64,000 nt of DNA from an uncultured Gammaproteobacteria bacterium (GTDB taxonomy: Bacteria > Patescibacteriota > Patescibacteriia > S139-126). Shown here piece after piece: positions 58,647-64,000 of this stretch. The translations under genes were made by a program, and so were the position numbers. The stretch lies in assembly GCA_964620905.1 (NCBI GenBank), contig CAZUKA010000001.1, positions 18,141 through 82,140 of the forward strand. Reading direction: 5' to 3'. The notes under the pieces were generated by a model. That model was not told where the DNA came from. It was given only the letters and a program-made list of their open reading frames with translations, and made no database searches. The number at the start of each line of letters is the position of its first letter. The first letter of the stretch is position 1.

Positions 58647-58709
58647 ATGAAAAAATATAATGGTCCAGAAGCTGAGTGTGGTTGTGAAGATTGTGGTTGT
58701 GGAAAGTAG
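58647..58709 (+). CDS. Putative Cys-rich micropeptide MKKYNGPEAECGCEDCGCGK
   Basis: Translated by hand; GC-richer than the flanks; AT-rich start context like neighbouring genes. Confidence 0.45.
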   Translation: MKKYNGPEAECGCEDCGCGK

Positions 58710-58770
58710 AATAGAATGAAGAGAGAATTTAGAATATTGATTCTAGATTCAAATTTCTAGATTCAAATTT

Positions 58771-59892
58771 ATGTCTAAGGATTATTACGAAATTTTGGGT
58801 GTGAAAAAAAATGCTACCGCTGAGGAGATAAAAAAAGCTTTTCGACAACTGGCTCACCAATATCATCCTGATAAAGGAAATGGCGATGATAAAAAATTCA
58901 AAGAAATAAATGAAGCTTATCAAGTACTGGGCAATACGGAAAAAAGAAAACAGTACGATCAGTTTGGTCAAAGTTTTTCTGGGGCAGGTCCAGGCGGGAT
59001 GAACTGGCAGGATTTTGCTAGAGCTCAACAACAAGGCGGATTTGATTTTTCCCAAGGGTTCCAAGGGGTTAATTTTGATTTTGGCGAGATGGGTGATATA
59101 GAAGATTTATTTTCGGGAATTTTTGGTGGTTCATTTCGATCAGGCAGAAACAGTAAAAAAAATACTCGGGGTCGTGATTTATCTTTGACTTTGACGGTTG
59201 ATTTTTTTGAAGCAGTGTTTGGGGCAAAAAAAACTATCAACCTAACCAGACAAATTTTATGTGACATCTGCCAGGGAAGTGGCGCCAAAGTAAATAGTAA
59301 AGTTTCTACTTGTTCACAGTGTCAAGGTCGGGGTCAAATTGAGACAGTGACTAGGTCTTTCTTTGGTATGATGAGATCAACCCAAATTTGTCCCACTTGC
59401 CAGGGTGATGGTCAAATCATCACCGAAAAATGTACGCAGTGTCATGGTAGTGGCTTGATGCGTAAACAAGAGACCATCAACGTCGAAATACCAGCTGGGG
59501 CTGACAATGGAGTTACTTTGAAATTTTCTGGACGGGGGGATATTGTCAATAAAAAAGGTCAGCCGGGGGATTTGTATATCAATTTACATGTTAATCCTAA
59601 TCCAAAATTTAATCGGCAGGGCAGTGATATTCAGCAAAATTTACATATCAATTTTTCACAAGCAGCTTTGGGTGATAAGGTGCCGGTTGAGACAGTTGAT
59701 GGTGAGGTTAAATTGAAAATTCCAGCTGGAATCGCTTCGGGTACGGTACTTAAACTATCAGGGCAGGGAGTGCCACATATGAATCGACGTGGTCGGGGTG
59801 ATCATTTGGTAAAGGTTATTATTGATGTGCCCAAGAGCTTGAATCGTCAGCAAAAAAAGTTGTTGACTGAATTACAGCAGACAGGATTATAG
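58771..59892 (+). CDS. dnaJ: Chaperone DnaJ
   Basis: J-domain HPD, G/F-rich region, four CxxCxGxG repeats. Confidence 0.97.
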   Translation: MSKDYYEILGVKKNATAEEIKKAFRQLAHQYHPDKGNGDDKKFKEINEAYQVLGNTEKRKQYDQFGQSFSGAGPGGMNWQDFARAQQQGGFDFSQGFQGVNFDFGEMGDIEDLFSGIFGGSFRSGRNSKKNTRGRDLSLTLTVDFFEAVFGAKKTINLTRQILCDICQGSGAKVNSKVSTCSQCQGRGQIETVTRSFFGMMRSTQICPTCQGDGQIITEKCTQCHGSGLMRKQETINVEIPAGADNGVTLKFSGRGDIVNKKGQPGDLYINLHVNPNPKFNRQGSDIQQNLHINFSQAALGDKVPVETVDGEVKLKIPAGIASGTVLKLSGQGVPHMNRRGRGDHLVKVIIDVPKSLNRQQKKLLTELQQTGL

Positions 59893-59893
59893 T

Positions 59894-60631
59894 ATGATAA
59901 TTACCCCCATCAGAACTCGGGTTTTAAAACCACCTCAAACTGATTTGTGGCCGGTTTTAGAAAATTTGCATTTGGTTGAGAAAAATATATTGGTGGTAAC
60001 TTCAAAAATAGTCAGTCTTCATCAGGGAAGATGTATAAAAATTGATACAAAGAATCAAACCGAACAAAAACTGGGGTTGATTATGCAAGAGGCCGATGAA
60101 TTTTTGTCTAGGCAAACGACCAAAAATTTAAAAATTTCTTTGTTGACCAAAAAATATGGTTTGGTAGTAGGTAGCGCGGGAATTGATGAATCAAACGGTG
60201 ATGGATATTTTATTTTGTGGCCAGACAACCCAGCCAAGTTTGTCAAAAAACTATATGACTGGTTGCAAAATAAATATGGTTTGTCTGATTTTGGTGTAGT
60301 TATTGTTGATACCATCAAGCGACCTTTTCGGCGGGGGGCAGTGGGTTTTGCTGTTGCTCATTATGGATTTAAGGCCCTGTACAGTTATCGCCAGCAAAAA
60401 GATTTATTTGGTCGTCAGTTTAAATCAGAACAAGTAAACTTGACTGATGCTATAGCAGCAGCAGCGGTATTGGTTATGGGTGAAGGCAATGAACAAACGC
60501 CACTAGCACTAGTTGAGGATATTCCCCAGATAGAATTTTTTGCTGGAAGTGATGAGGTTGCTGTGGCAGGGAGAGATGATTATTTTTCTGGTTTGGTTGA
60601 TGAGAGCAAGTGGAAAAAAATAAATTACTAA
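59894..60631 (+). CDS. CofE-like (F420-0:gamma-glutamyl ligase family) protein
   Basis: VVTSKIVS, AGIDESN, GVVIVDT..RPFRRGAVG, DAIAAAAVLVMGEGNEQTP. Confidence 0.82.
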   Translation: MIITPIRTRVLKPPQTDLWPVLENLHLVEKNILVVTSKIVSLHQGRCIKIDTKNQTEQKLGLIMQEADEFLSRQTTKNLKISLLTKKYGLVVGSAGIDESNGDGYFILWPDNPAKFVKKLYDWLQNKYGLSDFGVVIVDTIKRPFRRGAVGFAVAHYGFKALYSYRQQKDLFGRQFKSEQVNLTDAIAAAAVLVMGEGNEQTPLALVEDIPQIEFFAGSDEVAVAGRDDYFSGLVDESKWKKINY

Positions 60632-60764
60632 TTATCAATAATTAATTACTAATCAATTATTTAATTAATAAATTTTTTAATTATAGCATTCATTAGTTAT
60701 TAGTAATTTGTTATTAATCATTTTTATTGTTTAATACTAAGTAAAAAGGTGTTATAATTAGGTT

Positions 60765-61328
60765 ATGTTATCATTACTTACTACCACTGCAGCTCAGTTT
60801 AACTTTGATTTTTGGTTGGCTGATTTTGATTGGTCCAGTCCCAGTTGGGATTTATTGGTTATTTTATTTATAGTCTTTGGAGGGCTTATTTATGGCATGA
60901 GTTTGGGTCGTGATCGATTGGCTTTGTTGACCGTAGCTATTTATGTTTCTTTGGCTTTGGTCAACACCGCACCTTTTGTTGATCATGAATTTGCGGCTAA
61001 AGTGAATTTTGCTGGTTATGCTATTGATATAAAAATAGTAGCTTTTTTGGGTCTGTTATTTTTACTGATGTTTTTTTTAGCCCGGGGAGCACTGTTTAGA
61101 AGTTTATTGGGCGGTGAGATTAGCCGGGGTTTTTGGCAAGCTTTGTTTCTGAGTTTTGCTCATACTGGATTATTAGTGGCGATTGTGATGAATTATTTAC
61201 CAGCTGGTGCAGTGAATAATTTTTCCGATTCGGTCAGAAATGTATTTTTTGGTCAGTGGCAGCTATTTTGGTGGTTACTGACGCCAATTGTTATTATGAT
61301 AGTATTTAAGACCAAGAGAAAAGACTAG
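60765..61328 (+). CDS. Membrane protein (CvpA-like topology)
   Basis: Several TMs; WDLLVILF..GLIYGMSLGR. Confidence 0.6.
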   Translation: MLSLLTTTAAQFNFDFWLADFDWSSPSWDLLVILFIVFGGLIYGMSLGRDRLALLTVAIYVSLALVNTAPFVDHEFAAKVNFAGYAIDIKIVAFLGLLFLLMFFLARGALFRSLLGGEISRGFWQALFLSFAHTGLLVAIVMNYLPAGAVNNFSDSVRNVFFGQWQLFWWLLTPIVIMIVFKTKRKD

Positions 61329-61371
61329 ATATTAAATAATTTTAAATTATTAATTATAAATTATAAAATAC

Positions 61372-62415
61372 TTAATTGAGTATTTTTTTTATTTCTTCCA
61401 AACTATTTATTCGTACTAGTTGATCGCGTAATTGTTTTGCTTGTGGCCAACCTTTGACGTACCAGGACAGATGTTTTCTTAGTTCAATAAGTCCTCGTTG
61501 TCCTTTTTCACCAAAGGCAATACTAGCATGTTCAATAATAAAATTTTTAATTTGTTCGGAGTCAAATTCATCGTATTTTCCGGTGGCCAGTAAATTTTTA
61601 GTTTGTTGAAAAAGCCAGGGTTTACCCCAAGCGCCACGGGCAATACCCACGCCATCTGCCCCAGTTTCAGTGAGCATAGTTTTGGCAATTTCTGGAGTAG
61701 TTATGCCGCCATTGTATAATAGAACTTTATTCCAAATTTTCCTTACTTGTTTGACAATATCAATATTTGGTAGGCCATCAAATGGTCGTTCAAAACTGCG
61801 GGCATGGAGCATGATGGCAGCTAGGGGGAGATGTTTGATAGTTTGGACTAAATCCAAGGCTGTGATTTCATTTAAATCATTGTTTGGTCCGCAATCAGTT
61901 GGATCAATAGTTTTTTCCAGTTGACCCTCAATGAAACCATGATCAGTAGTACGTTTTATTTTTTTTGGTGAAGAATTTTTTTTGATACTGGCTCTTATTT
62001 TTATTGATACGGGGATGGAAACATTTTCAATCAAAGCTTGTACCAATTCAGCACAACGGTTTGGTTCCTTCATCAAACTCACTCCACCACCGTGTCTGAC
62101 TACTTTGTAAGCTGGACAACCAAAATTTATATCAATACCATCAAAACCAAGACTTTCCAAAATTTTCCCGGCCCGAGCAAACATTTCCGGTTGATTGCCA
62201 AAAATTTGTACTACCACTGGTCGCTCGTCTTCCGCAAAACGTATCATTTCCAGAGTTTTTTTTGATTTGTACACCAGCGCATCAGCTGAAGCAAATTCTG
62301 TATAGATTACATCAGCTCCAAATTTTTTGCACATTTGCCGAAAAGCAATATCCGTGACTCCGGCCATAGGAGCCAAGGCAAGGATGGGTTTATTTAATTT
62401 TTGCCAAAAGTTCAT
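61372..62415 (-). CDS. dusB: tRNA-dihydrouridine synthase (DusB-like)
   Basis: LAPMAGVTD.AFR, QIFG, IDINFGCP, VSIKIR, NGGI, GIARG..GKPW, RKHLSWY. Confidence 0.9.
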   Translation of the reverse strand: MNFWQKLNKPILALAPMAGVTDIAFRQMCKKFGADVIYTEFASADALVYKSKKTLEMIRFAEDERPVVVQIFGNQPEMFARAGKILESLGFDGIDINFGCPAYKVVRHGGGVSLMKEPNRCAELVQALIENVSIPVSIKIRASIKKNSSPKKIKRTTDHGFIEGQLEKTIDPTDCGPNNDLNEITALDLVQTIKHLPLAAIMLHARSFERPFDGLPNIDIVKQVRKIWNKVLLYNGGITTPEIAKTMLTETGADGVGIARGAWGKPWLFQQTKNLLATGKYDEFDSEQIKNFIIEHASIAFGEKGQRGLIELRKHLSWYVKGWPQAKQLRDQLVRINSLEEIKKILN

Positions 62416-62491
62416 ATTATAATTATAGCATTTAATTGCATTAATTTATTCAATATTGTATAGTTATATTATCTTATTGATAAATAAATTT

Positions 62492-62911
62492 ATGAGTCTA
62501 GAAATGCCAAAAGTAGTCAAAAAAGAAACTGAAAATAAAAGAGAAAAAATAAACCCACAGGAAGCTATGCATAATATTATTTACCACGCTGATAGTATTA
62601 TGATTAAGGCAAAAACAGTTTTGGCATTTTTAGAAAAATCAAAATCAGAAAAAATCGATGTAAATATAGACGATAAAATTAGCGAATTTGGCCAGGCAGG
62701 AGAAGTTGAGAAACAATTAATTGATATTTGGAATAAATTAGGAGAACTCAATAATTCTATGTTTGAACAGGGAGTAAAAATGGACGGGGAAGAATTAAGG
62801 GAACGGCTCAATGGAATAGATGATGATTTAATTTTTTCTAAGTTTGAACAGGGAGTAAAAATGGATGAAAACGAAGCAAAAGAACATCTTGATAAAGTTG
62901 ATAGTGAATAA
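62492..62911 (+). CDS. Acidic hypothetical protein with internal duplication
   Basis: FEQGVKMD occurs twice; terminator downstream. Confidence 0.55.
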   Translation: MSLEMPKVVKKETENKREKINPQEAMHNIIYHADSIMIKAKTVLAFLEKSKSEKIDVNIDDKISEFGQAGEVEKQLIDIWNKLGELNNSMFEQGVKMDGEELRERLNGIDDDLIFSKFEQGVKMDENEAKEHLDKVDSE

Positions 62912-62934
62912 TAGTTTATTGATTTTTTTAAATT

Positions 62935-62960
62935 AAAACCCGGCATTAGTCGGGTTTTTT
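62935..62960. terminator. Bidirectional terminator
   Basis: AAAACCCGGC-atta-GTCGGGTTTTTT between convergent genes. Confidence 0.7.
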
Positions 62961-62970
62961 AGAAAGTATT

Positions 62971-63282
62971 TTATATACCTAAAGCGGGTGGGATTTTAAC
63001 CCTGATAGGTTTTTTGTATATATACCTCAAAAAGAAGCTTCGGCATTCTATACTATCCTCATCATTGATACTCGCATCATATTTTTTGAAAAAAGATATA
63101 TCGTGTCTCTGGCAGGCTTCTCTGATTTCAGCTATGAGTAGATTGGTTTGTTTTTCAGCTTCTTGTTCATTAGTAGCCAACAATTCCAGACTAATATATT
63201 TGTCAAAATTTACCGGATCTCCGACTGATGTTTCTCCGTCAACATGAAGAGTAAAGTTGAGAGTCCATTTACCTTTTTCCAT
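62971..63282 (-). CDS. Hypothetical protein
   Basis: GGAGG SD 4 nt before the ATG; ends next to the terminator. Confidence 0.6.
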   Translation of the reverse strand: MEKGKWTLNFTLHVDGETSVGDPVNFDKYISLELLATNEQEAEKQTNLLIAEIREACQRHDISFFKKYDASINDEDSIECRSFFLRYIYKKPIRVKIPPALGI

Positions 63283-63418
63283 TTTTCCTCCAGTTTGTGA
63301 TTATTTTGTATGTGCGGATTATTTATCCTAATATATTTTGTTTGGAAAATCAAATGCATAATTGTAGCAAACAAAAATTAAATATAGTATAATTAACCAA
63401 ACAAGTTTAGATTTTTTT

Positions 63419-63904
63419 ATGACAGCAAAAATTTTATTTGTATGTAATGGCAATATTTATCGAAGTATGGTAGCTGAATACTGTTTAAAAAAATATTTAA
63501 AATTACATCATATTAGTAATTGGCAGGTAAAATCAGCCGGGGTTACGGCCAAAAAACAAAAGATTCACATTAATACAAAACAAGCGTTAGCAAAAATAGG
63601 AATTAATAGGATTAGGCATGAGCAGCATAAACTTACCAAGAAAATGTTAAGTGATGCAAATATAGTTATTGCTATGGCAGAAGATCAAAAAAAGTATATT
63701 AAGGAAATTTTTGGTTTTGGATCAGTTAAATTATTTAATCAACTGGCTGTGAATTCCAATGAATCAATTTGGGATGTTAAAGACAATGTTCGTGATTACA
63801 AAAAAAACGAGCCAGCGGTAGCGAATGAAATTATAAAAACAATAAATTACATTCAGAAAAATACGGGAAAATTGTATCGTCGCCTTGTAAAACTTAGTTT
63901 ATAA
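63419..63904 (+). CDS. Low-molecular-weight phosphotyrosine phosphatase / ArsC-fold protein
   Basis: ILFVCNGNIYRSMVAE (CX5R P-loop), VKSAG, VIAM. Confidence 0.85.
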   Translation: MTAKILFVCNGNIYRSMVAEYCLKKYLKLHHISNWQVKSAGVTAKKQKIHINTKQALAKIGINRIRHEQHKLTKKMLSDANIVIAMAEDQKKYIKEIFGFGSVKLFNQLAVNSNESIWDVKDNVRDYKKNEPAVANEIIKTINYIQKNTGKLYRRLVKLSL

Positions 63905-63964
63905 TTTATTAAAAAAATTTTTGGCAGTGTAGCTAGTAGAAAAGAAATATTGTATAATTAAGTC

Positions 63965-64000
63965 ATGAGAAAAATTTCCTGTTTGGTAATTGGTGGAGCA
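63965..64000 (+). CDS. Start of a 3'-truncated CDS, possibly a nucleotide-binding fold
   Basis: ATG after TATAAT; reads MRKISCLVIGGA at the window edge. Confidence 0.35.
   Translation, partial: MRKISCLVIGGA

Overview
AT-rich bacterial chromosomal segment. Gene content suggests a Patescibacteria (CPR)-type genome; this is inferred, not tested: short HrcA, DUF5667-type anti-sigma, cohesin-like and S-layer-like surface proteins, and few Shine-Dalgarno motifs. In order, the window holds: two cohesin/Ig surface proteins; 2-oxoacid:ferredoxin oxidoreductase alpha and beta; rlmH; a beta-CASP ribonuclease; a 6S-like RNA; tRNA-Pro(CGG); an HtrA-like protein lacking its catalytic triad; an ECF sigma/anti-sigma pair; a 1174-aa S-layer-like protein with a long structured leader; TPR and O-antigen-ligase-like genes; an accessory patch (secreted lipase, stand-alone GIY-YIG nuclease, frameshifted RelE-like toxin plus HTH antitoxin); a ~17-kb minus-strand glycan cluster (gmd, fcl, wzx, many glycosyltransferases, probable colitose-type genes); a priming sugar transferase; an S8 protease; a MacAB-like ABC exporter; and a CIRCE-controlled hrcA-grpE-hsp20-dnaK-dnaJ locus. 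The most unusual content is intergenic. (1) Heptamer (GATTTAN) inverted-array hairpins occur empty between genes and filled around a four-helix-bundle (Avd/IVS-protein-like) gene. (2) TGTCA-tagged palindromes show the same empty/filled pattern around the GIY-YIG gene. (3) A ~165-nt structured repeat occurs twice with compensatory base changes. (4) There is a candidate Met-codon attenuator and a Cys-rich micropeptide. All calls were made by eye; no searches were run.
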